64,000 nt of DNA. It comes from an uncultured Methylomirabilota bacterium (GTDB taxonomy: Bacteria; Methylomirabilota; Methylomirabilia; Methylomirabilales; 2-02-FULL-66-22). The translations under genes and the position numbers were made by a program. This document shows, in pieces, positions 39,554-49,002 of this stretch. The stretch lies in the NCBI GenBank assembly GCA_963705305.1, contig OY970067.1, forward strand, positions 736,001 through 800,000, written 5' to 3'. Position 1 is the stretch's first letter. The number at the start of each line of letters is the position of its first letter. Under the pieces are notes generated by a model that was given only the letters and a program-made list of their open reading frames with translations, made no database searches and was not told the origin of the DNA.

Positions 39554-40440
39554 GGTTGCTCTTTGGCCGGCGCGGCCTGCTGCCGCACCGCCGCCACGAC
39601 ATCGGCGCCCGCATGGTAGCTCTCGTCGGCGGACGGGAAGGCCCCCGACCGGACATCGCCCACGAAGTCCGCCAGGGCCTTCTCGATGGCCGCACCCACA
39701 TCCGCATACCGCCGGACGAATTTCGGACTGACCCCCTCACTGAGGCCGAGGAGATCGTGCCAGACGAGCACCTGTCCGTCGCACCGGGGGCCGGCCCCGA
39801 TGCCGATGGTGGGGATGGGAATCGCCGCTGTCACGACCTCTGCGATCTCGGCCGGAATCCCCTCCAGGACGATGGCGAAGGCGCCCGCCCCCGCCAGCGC
39901 GCGCGCATCTTCCAGCAGGGCCCGGGCGGCCTCGGCCTGCCGCGCCTGCACGCGGAAGCCGCCCATCCGGTGCAGCGACTGCGGTGTGAGGCCGAGGTGG
40001 CCCATCACCGGGATGTCGGCGGCGACCAGCCGCTCGACGGCGTGGAGGCAGCGCCGGCCTCCCTCCAGCTTCACCGCCTGGCACCCCCCCTCGGCGACGA
40101 GCCGCCCGGCGCTCCGGATCGTCTCGGGGACGGACACGTGGTACGAGAGGAACGGCATGTCTCCCACCACCGGCGCCCGCGGCCTGGCGGCGGCGACGGC
40201 CCGCGCATGGTGCAGGATCTCCTCCACCGTCACGGAGAGGGTGTTCTCCCGTCCCAGCACCACCATGCCCAGCGAGTCGCCGACCAGCAAGAGGTCGGCG
40301 CCCGCGCGGTCCGCCAGGCGGGCGGAGACGACATCGTAGGCGGTGATCATGGCCAGGGGTTCGCCGCGACCCGCGGAAGCCTTCCGGGCGGCGATGTCGG
40401 GGATGGTGAGGCGGGAGGGCGGACCGGCATGGGAACTCAT
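39550..40440 (-). CDS. panB: 3-methyl-2-oxobutanoate hydroxymethyltransferase
   Basis: TAYD, LVGDSLGM, DMPF, VKLEGG, GHLGLTPQS and GIGAG...DGQVLV motifs. Confidence 0.96.
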   Translation of the reverse strand: MSSHAGPPSRLTIPDIAARKASAGRGEPLAMITAYDVVSARLADRAGADLLLVGDSLGMVVLGRENTLSVTVEEILHHARAVAAARPRAPVVGDMPFLSYHVSVPETIRSAGRLVAEGGCQAVKLEGGRRCLHAVERLVAADIPVMGHLGLTPQSLHRMGGFRVQARQAEAARALLEDARALAGAGAFAIVLEGIPAEIAEVVTAAIPIPTIGIGAGPRCDGQVLVWHDLLGLSEGVSPKFVRRYADVGAAIEKALADFVGDVRSGAFPSADESYHAGADVVAAVRQQAAPAKEQP

Positions 40441-40499
40441 GGCACTCCTTTCTCCCCGCCGCGAAGGGTCGGGGGAAACTGCGGGTGCGACTCACCCTA

Positions 40500-40615
40500 C
40501 CCCAGGACCGGCTGCCTGTCCAGCCCGTCGGGCCGTCCCGGTGCGCGGCGGCGCCCCGTGGCGGTCTCCGCAGGCGGATCGCCGGCGATTCCGGGCGCGA
40601 TCGGACACGGCCCGG
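40500..40615 (-). ncRNA. Candidate pan RNA motif (cis-regulatory) in the panB leader
   Basis: GGGCCGT...ACCGGGACGGCCC stem followed by a GGACAGGCAG segment directly upstream of panB, where the pan motif is known to occur; match judged by eye. Confidence 0.4.
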
Positions 40616-40686
40616 ACTCCCGGCGTTTGCCGGTCAGGGGTAGCCAAGGCAGGGCGGACTTGGTGTCGTTCCTTCTTTATCGATTA

Positions 40687-40777
40687 TTGCATAAGTGATG
40701 GATCATTTGAAGCATAGGTAGGCCAGGCCGGGGCGCCCCGGCCTGGCCCCAATCGGTCGATCACATTACTTATGCAA
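40687..40777. repeat. 91-bp palindromic element
   Basis: Arms TTGCATAAGTGATG / CATTACTTATGCAA and a perfect 28-bp core GGCCAGGCCGGGGCGCCCCGGCCTGGCC. Confidence 0.8.
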
Positions 40778-40823
40778 GATTCAGCAACTTCGGCTATCCG
40801 TGCTTGGCGCTGCGCGGTCATCG

Positions 40824-42416
40824 TCATGGGTTCGCCCACATCCGGCCGGCCACCTGAATGAAGCGATCGGCCTCCGCCGGCCCCCAGGTCCCCGCCGGGT
40901 AATAGGTCAACCCCTGGCTCCCCGCCCCCGCCCACGTCTCGAGGATGGGGGTCACCAGCGCCCAGGCTGTCTCCACCTCGTCCCGCCGGATGAACAGGGT
41001 CGAATCCCCCAGCATGCAGTCCAGCAACAGCCGCTCGTACGCCTCGGCCGGGTCCACCCCGAAGGCCTCCCGGTAGGCGAACCCGAGATGGGCGGGGACC
41101 AGCTGGATCCGCGGGCCGGGCGGCTTGAGGCCCACCCGCAGCGAGATGCCCTCGTCGGGCTGGATGCGCAGCGTCAGACGATTGGGCTCCAGCTCGTCTC
41201 CCGGCTTGTGGCCCGGGTGTTCGGCGTGCTGGAACAGGAGCAGCGGCGGCTGCCGGTACTGGATGGTAACCTCCGTCACCTGCTTGGGGAGGCCCTTGCC
41301 CGTCCGGAGGTAGAATGGCACCCCGGCCCAGCGCCAGTTCTCGATCTCCAGCCGCAGCCCGACATACGTCTCCGTCGTCGTGCCATCGGCGACCCGGTCC
41401 TCGTCCGCATACGCCTGGACCCGCTTCCCCCGCAACGTCCCCCGGACGTACTGGCCGCGGATCGCGGCCCGTGCGACATCGGCCGCCGGAATGGGCCGGA
41501 TGGCCCGCAGCACCTTCACCTTCTCGTCCCGCACCGCCTCGGCCCCGAAGGTCGCGGGGGGCTCCATCGCCACCAGGGAGAGCAGCTGCATCATGTGATT
41601 CTGCACCATGTCCCGCGCCGCCCCGGCGGTGTCGTAGTAGCCGCCGCGCCCCTCCACGCCCAGGTCCTCCGCCACCAGCACCTGCACATGGTCGACGTAG
41701 CGCCGGTTCCACAGGGGCTCGAAGATGCTGTTCCCGAACCGGAAGGTGAGGATGTTCTGAACGGTCTCCTTTCCCAGGTAATGGTCGATGCGGTAGACCT
41801 GCCGCTCCTCAAAGACCCGGTGGATCTCCGCGTTCAGCTGCACGGCAGTGGACAGGTCCCGCCCGAACGGCTTCTCGACGATGACCCGGCTCCACCCCTC
41901 GCCGGACCCCGCGCCGCCCCCCTCGGAGGCCTCCCCCGCCCCGGTCACGAGCTTGGCGGCGCCCAGCCGGTCCACGATGGTGGCATAGGCGCCGGGCGGC
42001 GTGGCCAGATAGAACACCCGGTTGCCCCCGGTGCCGAGGTCCCGCTCCAGCTCGTCCAGGCGACCGGCCAGACGCCCGTAGCCCTCGGAGTCCTCGAAGG
42101 TGGAGGAGACGTAGCGGAGCCCCCGCGCCACCCGATCCCAGATGGCGGCATCGACCGGACGAAGCCGCGAAAACTCCTCCAGCGACGCCCGCATCTCCTC
42201 GCGGAAGGCGTCGTCGCTCTTCTCCCGCCGCGCGAATCCGATGACCCCGAACTGCTCGGGCAGCAGGTTATCGTGAGCAAGGGCGTACAGGGCGGGCAGC
42301 AGCTTTCGGCGCGTGAGATCGCCCGACGCCCCAAAGATGACCAGCGTACAGGGCTCGGGCCGCTGGTAGGGCGCCGGCTGAATGGAGACGTCGCTGAGGA
42401 TCGAGGACGATGACAT
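40824..42416 (-). CDS. zwf: Glucose-6-phosphate 1-dehydrogenase
   Basis: GASGDL, EKPFG, RIDHYLGKE, DMVQNH and RWAGVPFYLRTGK motifs. Confidence 0.97.
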   Translation of the reverse strand: MSSSSILSDVSIQPAPYQRPEPCTLVIFGASGDLTRRKLLPALYALAHDNLLPEQFGVIGFARREKSDDAFREEMRASLEEFSRLRPVDAAIWDRVARGLRYVSSTFEDSEGYGRLAGRLDELERDLGTGGNRVFYLATPPGAYATIVDRLGAAKLVTGAGEASEGGGAGSGEGWSRVIVEKPFGRDLSTAVQLNAEIHRVFEERQVYRIDHYLGKETVQNILTFRFGNSIFEPLWNRRYVDHVQVLVAEDLGVEGRGGYYDTAGAARDMVQNHMMQLLSLVAMEPPATFGAEAVRDEKVKVLRAIRPIPAADVARAAIRGQYVRGTLRGKRVQAYADEDRVADGTTTETYVGLRLEIENWRWAGVPFYLRTGKGLPKQVTEVTIQYRQPPLLLFQHAEHPGHKPGDELEPNRLTLRIQPDEGISLRVGLKPPGPRIQLVPAHLGFAYREAFGVDPAEAYERLLLDCMLGDSTLFIRRDEVETAWALVTPILETWAGAGSQGLTYYPAGTWGPAEADRFIQVAGRMWANP

Positions 42417-42692
42417 GGGTGCCCTCTCGACACCGCCAGCGGTCCGGCCGCGGATCCGTCCCACGAGGCGCGCCGCGGCCGGTAACCGTTGCGGATGTTG
42501 TGGCTCATTCTTACCCACAATCGCCCGTTTCGCAAGGTCGCTTCTCCGGCAGGCCCGGCTGGCGCCGGGGGCCGGCCCTCCCGTCCGGCCGTCGAGGGCG
42601 GCGGGGCGGCCGGTCGACCTTGACACGTTTCCGGCTTGCTATATAGTTCCGGCTGCCGGACCCCCCACACGAACCCGCAAAGGAGGCTCCCC

Positions 42693-43694
42693 ATGAAGAA
42701 GATCATCAACGACCCCTTCGCCTTCGTGGACGAGATGCTGGAGGGCATTCTCCTGGCGCATCCCGACAAGCTGCGTTTGGTCGGCGCGGACAAGCGTGCC
42801 GTCGTCCGGGCCGACGCGCCGGTGAAGGGGAAGGTGGGAATCGCCACCGGCGGCGGCTCCGGACACCTCCCCGTCTTCATGGGCTACGTGGGGAAGGGGC
42901 TGGTGGACGGCTGCTCCATCGGGAACGTCTTCTCCTCCCCCACCGTGGAGCAGATGCTGGCCGCCACCCGGGCGATCGACGGCGGGGCCGGCGTGCTGTA
43001 CCTGTTCGGCAACTACTCCGGGGACGTCATGAACTTCGGCATGGCCGCCGAGATGGCCGAGGCGGAGGGGATCCACGTGGAGACGGTGCTGGCAGCCGAC
43101 GACGTGGCGTCGGCGCCCAAAGGCCAGGAGGCGCGCCGCCGGGGCGTCGCGGGGATCTTCTACGCGTACAAGCTGGCAGGCGCCAAGGCCGAGACCATGG
43201 CACGCCTCTCCGAGGTGAAGCGCATCGCCGAGAAGGCCGTCGCCTGCACCCGGTCCATGGGCGTGGCTCTCTCCCCCTGCACGGTCCCCGCCGCGGGCCG
43301 GCCCACCTTCACCTTGGGTGACGACGAGATGGAGATCGGGATGGGCATCCACGGCGAGCCCGGCGTGCGGCGGGGCCGGCTGGAGCCGGCCGACCGGATC
43401 ACGGACATGCTCGTGGACGCGATCCTCGCCGACATGGAGCTGAAGCGCGGGGAGGAGGTCTCCGTCCTGGTAAACGGGCTGGGGGCCACGCCCAAGGAAG
43501 AGCTGTACGTGATGTACCGCCGCGTCCACCAGATCCTGGCGGCGCAGGGAATCCGGATCCACCGGCCGTATATCGGCGAGTACGCCACCTCGATGGAGAT
43601 GGCGGGCGCATCCGTGAGCCTGTGCAAGCTGGATGGCGAGCTGAAGACCCTGCTCGACGCCCCGGCGTCCACCCCGTTCGTGGAGCAAGCCTGA
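42693..43694 (+). CDS. dhaK: Dihydroxyacetone kinase-like K subunit
   Basis: MKKIINDP, GGGSGHLP, GNYSGD.MNF and GMGIHGEPG motifs. Confidence 0.93.
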   Translation: MKKIINDPFAFVDEMLEGILLAHPDKLRLVGADKRAVVRADAPVKGKVGIATGGGSGHLPVFMGYVGKGLVDGCSIGNVFSSPTVEQMLAATRAIDGGAGVLYLFGNYSGDVMNFGMAAEMAEAEGIHVETVLAADDVASAPKGQEARRRGVAGIFYAYKLAGAKAETMARLSEVKRIAEKAVACTRSMGVALSPCTVPAAGRPTFTLGDDEMEIGMGIHGEPGVRRGRLEPADRITDMLVDAILADMELKRGEEVSVLVNGLGATPKEELYVMYRRVHQILAAQGIRIHRPYIGEYATSMEMAGASVSLCKLDGELKTLLDAPASTPFVEQA

Positions 43695-43695
43695 C

Positions 43696-44337
43696 ATGCG
43701 GACGACCATCACGAGCGACGACCTCATCGCGATCCTGGAGAGGATGGCGGACGACTTGGAAGCGGCGAAGGATTTCCTCTGCCAACTGGACGGGGCCGTG
43801 GGGGACGGCGATCAGGGGGTCACCATGGCCATCGGCTTCCGGGCCATCCGGGGTGCCCTGGAGGGCCTGCGGGGCCAGGACATCGGAACGATCGTCACCA
43901 AGAGCGGGCTGACCTTCAACGGGGCTGCCGCCTCGACCATCGGGGCCCTGCTGGCCACGGCCTGCATGCGGGCCGGCCGCGAGGCCAAGGGCCGGCAGGA
44001 GATCGGCCTAGCCGAGGTGGCCAGGATGGCGGAGGCGGCCGAGACAGGGATCCGCGAGCGGGGGAAGGCCGAGGTGGGCGACAAGACCGTGCTGGACATG
44101 CTGGTGCCAACCGTGCGGGCCCTGCGGGCCGCCGCGGACGAGGGGGCGCCGCTCGCCGAGGGGCTGACACGGTCGCTGGCCGCCGCGGAAGACGGGGTGC
44201 AGTCCACCATCCCTCTCAAGTCCAGGATCGGCCGCGCCTCCTGGCTGGCGGATCGCACCGTGGGTCACCAGGATCCGGGCGCTACGTCCTTCTTCCTGAT
44301 GTGGAAATCGGTGGTGACGTACTTGACCGCAGGGTGA
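43696..44337 (+). CDS. dhaL: Dihydroxyacetone kinase-like L subunit
   Basis: LDGAVGDGD, GDKT.LD, GRAS and DPGA motifs. Confidence 0.93.
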   Translation: MRTTITSDDLIAILERMADDLEAAKDFLCQLDGAVGDGDQGVTMAIGFRAIRGALEGLRGQDIGTIVTKSGLTFNGAAASTIGALLATACMRAGREAKGRQEIGLAEVARMAEAAETGIRERGKAEVGDKTVLDMLVPTVRALRAAADEGAPLAEGLTRSLAAAEDGVQSTIPLKSRIGRASWLADRTVGHQDPGATSFFLMWKSVVTYLTAG

Positions 44338-44412
44338 GCGGACCGGCTATTCGTGCAGGGAAACGCCGACGGAGACCGATCCTCCGGCCGGGGACGGCCA
44401 GGCGCCGGAGTG

Positions 44413-45609
44413 CTACCGCGGCTTGCGTCGACCCTTGGCCGGCCTCTTCGATTCGGGGGCTCCCGGGGGGGGGCGGTCCTCGGGGTGGAAGACGACGCCG
44501 ATGCCCTGCTGCCCCGTCTCCTCATCCACGGCGGCCCGGACCACCTCCCCGGTGATCGTCGTGCCCCCCTCGGGAGGGTCATCCAGCTTGATCTCGATCT
44601 CGGAAGAGAGGCCGGGGGATTCGGGCGCGACGAGGTAACCCCCCCGCAGAGTCAGGTTGGTGATCACTCCCGCCAACTCCATCTCGGACCCGTCGGCGCG
44701 CCGTCCGCGCAGGCGGACGGGGAGCCGCGTCACCAGGCGGGGACCGGCCCGCGGTCCTCCCATCTCCATCTCGATCACCGGCGTGCGGCAGGTGACCTGG
44801 AGTCCCTCGGCCGCCGCCCAGGTGTTCGGCCACCGCTCCCGGGCCGACTGGAGGAAATGATCAACGGTGGTGTCGTCCGAATCGGGATCGTGATGAAAGA
44901 GGACGAGGCACCGGGCGTCCGCGTCCTGGGCCACCGAGACCGCATGCTCCCACGAGCTGTGGCCCCAGCCTCGCCGCTTGACGAGCAGCTCGGGGGAGAA
45001 GTGGGCGTCATATATCAGGACGTCCGTATGCCGGGCCAGGTGGCGAACCGCCGCGTCTCCGCGGGCGTCCCCCGGCTCGGTATCCGTGGCGTAGGTGGCC
45101 ACCCCGTGCTCGGTCTCGATGCGATACCCCAGTGAGCCCTGGGGGTGGTTCAGCCGGTCCGCCTCGATGGTGGCGTCGCCAAGCTGCCAGCGGTGGCCCT
45201 CCTCGACGACGGTGAAGGACCGGGCCGCCGCCAGGGCCGACAACTCCGTGGGGAAATAGGGGCGGAACATCTGGCCCTGGAGGGCCGATTCGATTCCTTC
45301 GCCCCCTTCCGGGCGCAGGCCGAAGAATTCGAAGTGATTGCGGCCGTCGTACAGCGGCGGGAAGAACGGGAGGCCCTGGATGTGATCCCAGTGGTAATGG
45401 GTCAGCAGCCAGAAGGCGCGGACGGGGTCGGGCGAACCGACCCACCCGGAGGAGCGGTACAGCGAGCGCAGACCCGTCCCCCCATCGAGGATGATCCGGT
45501 GCCCTGCCGGGGTCTCCACTTCAATACAGGATGTGTTCCCCCCGTAGCGCCAGGTTCGCTGGTCGCTGGTGGGAATGGAGCCCCGAACGCCGTGAAACCT
45601 GAGAATCAC
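44413..45609 (-). CDS. MBL-fold metallo-hydrolase fused to a C-terminal PilZ-like domain
   Basis: GVRGS, YGGNTSC, THYHWDHIQG, GWGHS and HHDP motifs; C-terminal RAGPR...NLTLRG...GEVVR...GIGVVF. Confidence 0.85.
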   Translation of the reverse strand: MILRFHGVRGSIPTSDQRTWRYGGNTSCIEVETPAGHRIILDGGTGLRSLYRSSGWVGSPDPVRAFWLLTHYHWDHIQGLPFFPPLYDGRNHFEFFGLRPEGGEGIESALQGQMFRPYFPTELSALAAARSFTVVEEGHRWQLGDATIEADRLNHPQGSLGYRIETEHGVATYATDTEPGDARGDAAVRHLARHTDVLIYDAHFSPELLVKRRGWGHSSWEHAVSVAQDADARCLVLFHHDPDSDDTTVDHFLQSARERWPNTWAAAEGLQVTCRTPVIEMEMGGPRAGPRLVTRLPVRLRGRRADGSEMELAGVITNLTLRGGYLVAPESPGLSSEIEIKLDDPPEGGTTITGEVVRAAVDEETGQQGIGVVFHPEDRPPPGAPESKRPAKGRRKPR

Positions 45610-45772
45610 GTCTGGGTCTCCCCGCACGAGAGCCTGCAATCCCGGACCCTTCGCCCCGGGCCGGCAGACGGCTTCGCGTGGGCCGCATCCTAGACTATAT
45701 GCGGGGCAGAAATCAAGGGGCAGCCTCACTTTCCGTGACGAAGGAGACCATCCCGGTCCCGGATCGACCCCC

Positions 45773-46714
45773 CTAGCCCACCTTCTTCAGCAGGGCCTTG
45801 GCTGCTTCGGCCACGTGGCGGGGCGTCAGCCCGTACTTCTCCAGCATGGCGTCATTCGGCCCGGATTCCCCGAAGCAATCCTGCAGCCCGTGGATCTTCA
45901 TGGGGGTGGGCAGGTACTCGCCCAGGAGTTCGGCCACCGCCCCGCCCAGGCCGCCAATGATCGTGTGGTCCTCGGTCGTAAGCACCCGGCCGGTCTTTCG
46001 GGCGGCCGCCACAATGCCGTCGACGTCGATGGGCTTGATCGTGTGGACGTGCACCAGGTGGGCGCTGATGCCGTCCCTCGCCAGCAGGTCACAGGCCTCC
46101 AGGGCCCGCACGCTCTGCACGCCGGTCCCGAAGATGGTGACGTCCCTTCCCTCGCGCAGGGTGACGACCTTGCCGAACTGGAACCGGTAGTCATCGCCGA
46201 AGATGACCGGGGTGGCGTCGCGGGTGATGCGCAGGTACGCCGGTCCGGGCATGTCGGTGAGGGCCAAGGTCGCCAGCCGGCATTCCACGCCGTCCGCCGG
46301 CGCCACCACCGCCATGTGGGGCATCGCCCGCATGATGGAGATGTCCTCCACATCGATGTGTGTCTTGCCCGTCTTGCCGGTGAGGATACCGCTGTAGCCG
46401 GCGCCCAGCTTCACGGGAAGGTTCGGCTGGGCCACGCTGATGCGCAGCTGATCCAGGGCCCGGCTCGACAGAAAACAGGCAAACGTGCTCACCCAAGGGA
46501 TCAGGCCGACGGTGGCCATCCCGGCCGCTACCCCCATCAGGTTCTGCTCGGCGATCCCCATGTTCATGTAAAAATCAGGGGCGTTGTAGGCCACGGTCTG
46601 CGCCATGGTGGAGCTGCCCAGATCCCCGTCCAAGACCATCAGATTGGGGTGGGTCTTGGTCAACCCCAGCAGCGCATCGCCCCAAGCTGCCCGCATTTCG
46701 GCCATCTTCCCCAT
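45773..46714 (-). CDS. Transketolase C-terminal subunit
   Basis: GIAEQN, GKTH, GPAYLR, TIKPID and EDH...GGLG motifs. Confidence 0.92.
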   Translation of the reverse strand: MGKMAEMRAAWGDALLGLTKTHPNLMVLDGDLGSSTMAQTVAYNAPDFYMNMGIAEQNLMGVAAGMATVGLIPWVSTFACFLSSRALDQLRISVAQPNLPVKLGAGYSGILTGKTGKTHIDVEDISIMRAMPHMAVVAPADGVECRLATLALTDMPGPAYLRITRDATPVIFGDDYRFQFGKVVTLREGRDVTIFGTGVQSVRALEACDLLARDGISAHLVHVHTIKPIDVDGIVAAARKTGRVLTTEDHTIIGGLGGAVAELLGEYLPTPMKIHGLQDCFGESGPNDAMLEKYGLTPRHVAEAAKALLKKVG

Positions 46715-46787
46715 CAGTTTCCTCCATCGCCTCGGCCGGCAGGCCCGACGGCCCGCCAGGTGGACAGGGGTTGAAACGCGCCGGGCC

Positions 46788-47645
46788 CTACCGCGGTCGC
46801 TGCGCCTCCAGCTCGGCGTAGGCGCGGGTCAGGTCGTCCTTGCTGGGCACCTTGGCGTGCCAGTTGTAGTCCCCCTCCATGAAGGAAATCCCTTTTCCTT
46901 TCACGGTATGGGCAACGATGCAAGTGGGGCGGCCCCGGGTGGCCTTGGCCTCTTCCATCGCGGCGATCAGGGCATCGAAATCGTGCCCGTCGCACTCCAG
47001 GACATGCCAGCCGAAGGCGCGCCACTTGTCGGCCACCTGCGTCAACGGATTCACGCGGTGCCGGAGGTTCCCGTCCTTCGGAAACCCGAACTGCTGGACT
47101 TTGTTGTAGTCCACGATGGCCGTCAGGTTGTCCACCTTGTAGTAGGCGGCGACCCAGGCCATCTCCCACACCTGTCCCTCCTCGATCTCCCCGTCCCCCA
47201 AGAGGACCCAGGTGTGAAAGTCCTTCCCCAGGCGCTTGGCGGCCAGAGCCATGCCGAGCGGGGGGCTGGCGCCGGTCCCCAGGGAGCCCGAGGCCATATC
47301 GATTCCGGGCGTCTTGGTCATGTCGGGGTGTCCCTGCATGCGCGAGTTGATGGCGTCGTAGGTATTGACCTCTTCCGGCGGGAAGAAGCCTTTGAGGGCG
47401 AGCACGGCATACAGCGCCACACAGGAGTGGCCCTTGGAGAGCACGAACCGATCCCGCTCCGGCCACTGGGGGATCTTGGGATCGACCCGCAGCATCTTGA
47501 AGTAGAGGGCGATGGCGATCTCCACCATGGACAGAGGGCCGCCGACGTGGCCGGCCCCGGCGGTGTGCACGGCCTCCAGGATCATTTTGCGAGCCCGGAC
47601 CGCCTTCTCTTGCAGGTCCCGTTTGAACGCCGCATCAATGGGCAT
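46788..47645 (-). CDS. Transketolase N-terminal subunit
   Basis: GHVGGPLS, DRFVLSKGH, GHP, GSLG, GDGE..EGQVWE and T.KGKG motifs. Confidence 0.93.
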   Translation of the reverse strand: MPIDAAFKRDLQEKAVRARKMILEAVHTAGAGHVGGPLSMVEIAIALYFKMLRVDPKIPQWPERDRFVLSKGHSCVALYAVLALKGFFPPEEVNTYDAINSRMQGHPDMTKTPGIDMASGSLGTGASPPLGMALAAKRLGKDFHTWVLLGDGEIEEGQVWEMAWVAAYYKVDNLTAIVDYNKVQQFGFPKDGNLRHRVNPLTQVADKWRAFGWHVLECDGHDFDALIAAMEEAKATRGRPTCIVAHTVKGKGISFMEGDYNWHAKVPSKDDLTRAYAELEAQRPR

Positions 47646-47727
47646 GAATCCCTCCTTCGACTGTGATGGACACAGGCCGGATGATTGTGCCGCCCATGCC
47701 TCCCCGCCCCCGGTCGGGCGAGCGGCC

Positions 47728-48609
47728 TCAGACGCCAAAGGCATTCCGCACGTAACACCGGTTGATCTGGGCGGCCAAGAGCGGCGGCAGCGGCGACGTG
47801 TCCTCCTCGATCACCATCCATCCGGAGAACTCTACAGCCTGCAGGACCTCCATGAACCGCCGCAGATCTACGCAGCCCCGACCCAGCGGGCAGAAGATGT
47901 AGGACTTCAATGCGCCCAGGAACCCGAGGCCGTTCTGCCGGGACCGGGCCAGGATCGCCGGGTTCACGTCCTTGATGTGGACGTACCACACCCGCGGACC
48001 GTAGGTCTGCACCACCTCCACCGGGTCGCCGCCGCCGTACACCAGGTGCCCGGCGTCCACGCACAGGCCCAGATCCCGGGGGTCCGTGATGCGCAAAAGG
48101 GTCTCCAGCTCGTCCCGGGTTTCGACGAAGGATCCGGCATGAGGATGCACCGCCACGCGGACGCCCAGCGGCTCGCAGCGCTTCGCCAGGACGTGAATTC
48201 CGTCACCCAGGATGCCCCACTGCCGGTCCGTCAGGCCCGCGCTCCCGTCCGTGGGCACATGCCCCGCCACCGCCATGCGCCGGGGGGTGCCGCGGATCCC
48301 CAGGATCAATTCGCACACTTCCATGGCCGAGAGCGTGCGGGCAATGCCCAGGGCCCGCTCGATCTCCGCGGGCTGCTGGTCGCGCTCTTCCAGCGATACC
48401 CAGCAGAACATCGAGGCCAGCGCCAGCCCGTGCGGCGCCAGCAGGGCCCGCAGGGCCCGGGGGTCGGACGGAAGGCCGGTGCCGTACTCGGTCCCCTCGT
48501 ACCCGGCCAGGGCCATCTCCTCCACCACCTGCTCGATCGGGACCGTCGGGCGGAGGTCGGGAAGGTCATCGCTGTTCCAGTTCATGGGTGCCGTTGCCAC
48601 TCGGATCAT
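47728..48609 (-). CDS. IolE-like sugar phosphate isomerase/epimerase (myo-inosose-2 dehydratase family)
   Basis: APMNWNSDD, GYEGTE, HPHAGS.VET, DAGH, HIKD, PLG.G and W.VIE motifs. Confidence 0.82.
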   Translation of the reverse strand: MIRVATAPMNWNSDDLPDLRPTVPIEQVVEEMALAGYEGTEYGTGLPSDPRALRALLAPHGLALASMFCWVSLEERDQQPAEIERALGIARTLSAMEVCELILGIRGTPRRMAVAGHVPTDGSAGLTDRQWGILGDGIHVLAKRCEPLGVRVAVHPHAGSFVETRDELETLLRITDPRDLGLCVDAGHLVYGGGDPVEVVQTYGPRVWYVHIKDVNPAILARSRQNGLGFLGALKSYIFCPLGRGCVDLRRFMEVLQAVEFSGWMVIEEDTSPLPPLLAAQINRCYVRNAFGV

Positions 48610-48812
48610 GCCGCGCTCTCCGCAGCGCCGTCCCCAAAGAGGGAAACGGCGAGGAAATATACACTAGCCGATGTATCTCGCCCGCGCAAGGCCGGCCTTG
48701 TCCGTCGGCGAGCCCCTGGCGAGGCCCCCTGCAAGCCCCCCGTCCCGGCTCGACCGAGCGCCCCCGCCGCCGGATTCCCCGCCTGGAGGAATCGGGCTTG
48801 CTTGGAAGGGCT

Positions 48813-48824
48813 GTTAGCGCTAAC
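48813..48824. promoter_or_regulatory. LacI/GalR-type operator between the divergent inositol operons
   Basis: Perfect palindrome GTTAGCGCTAAC with central CG. Confidence 0.65.
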
Positions 48825-49002
48825 GTTACTCTATCTGAACAAGGTGGCGGGGTCCAGAGGTGGGCCTTGACAGGGGCGGCCCCCCGCACCGAGAGTAATG
48901 CTGTTGGGCGCCGGGCCGGGGGTCGAAAAGGAGGAGTGGAACCGCCGAGCTGGGGCGTGGGGTGAATCAGGTCTCGGTGTACAGGGACGGAGGAGGTGTC
49001 CA

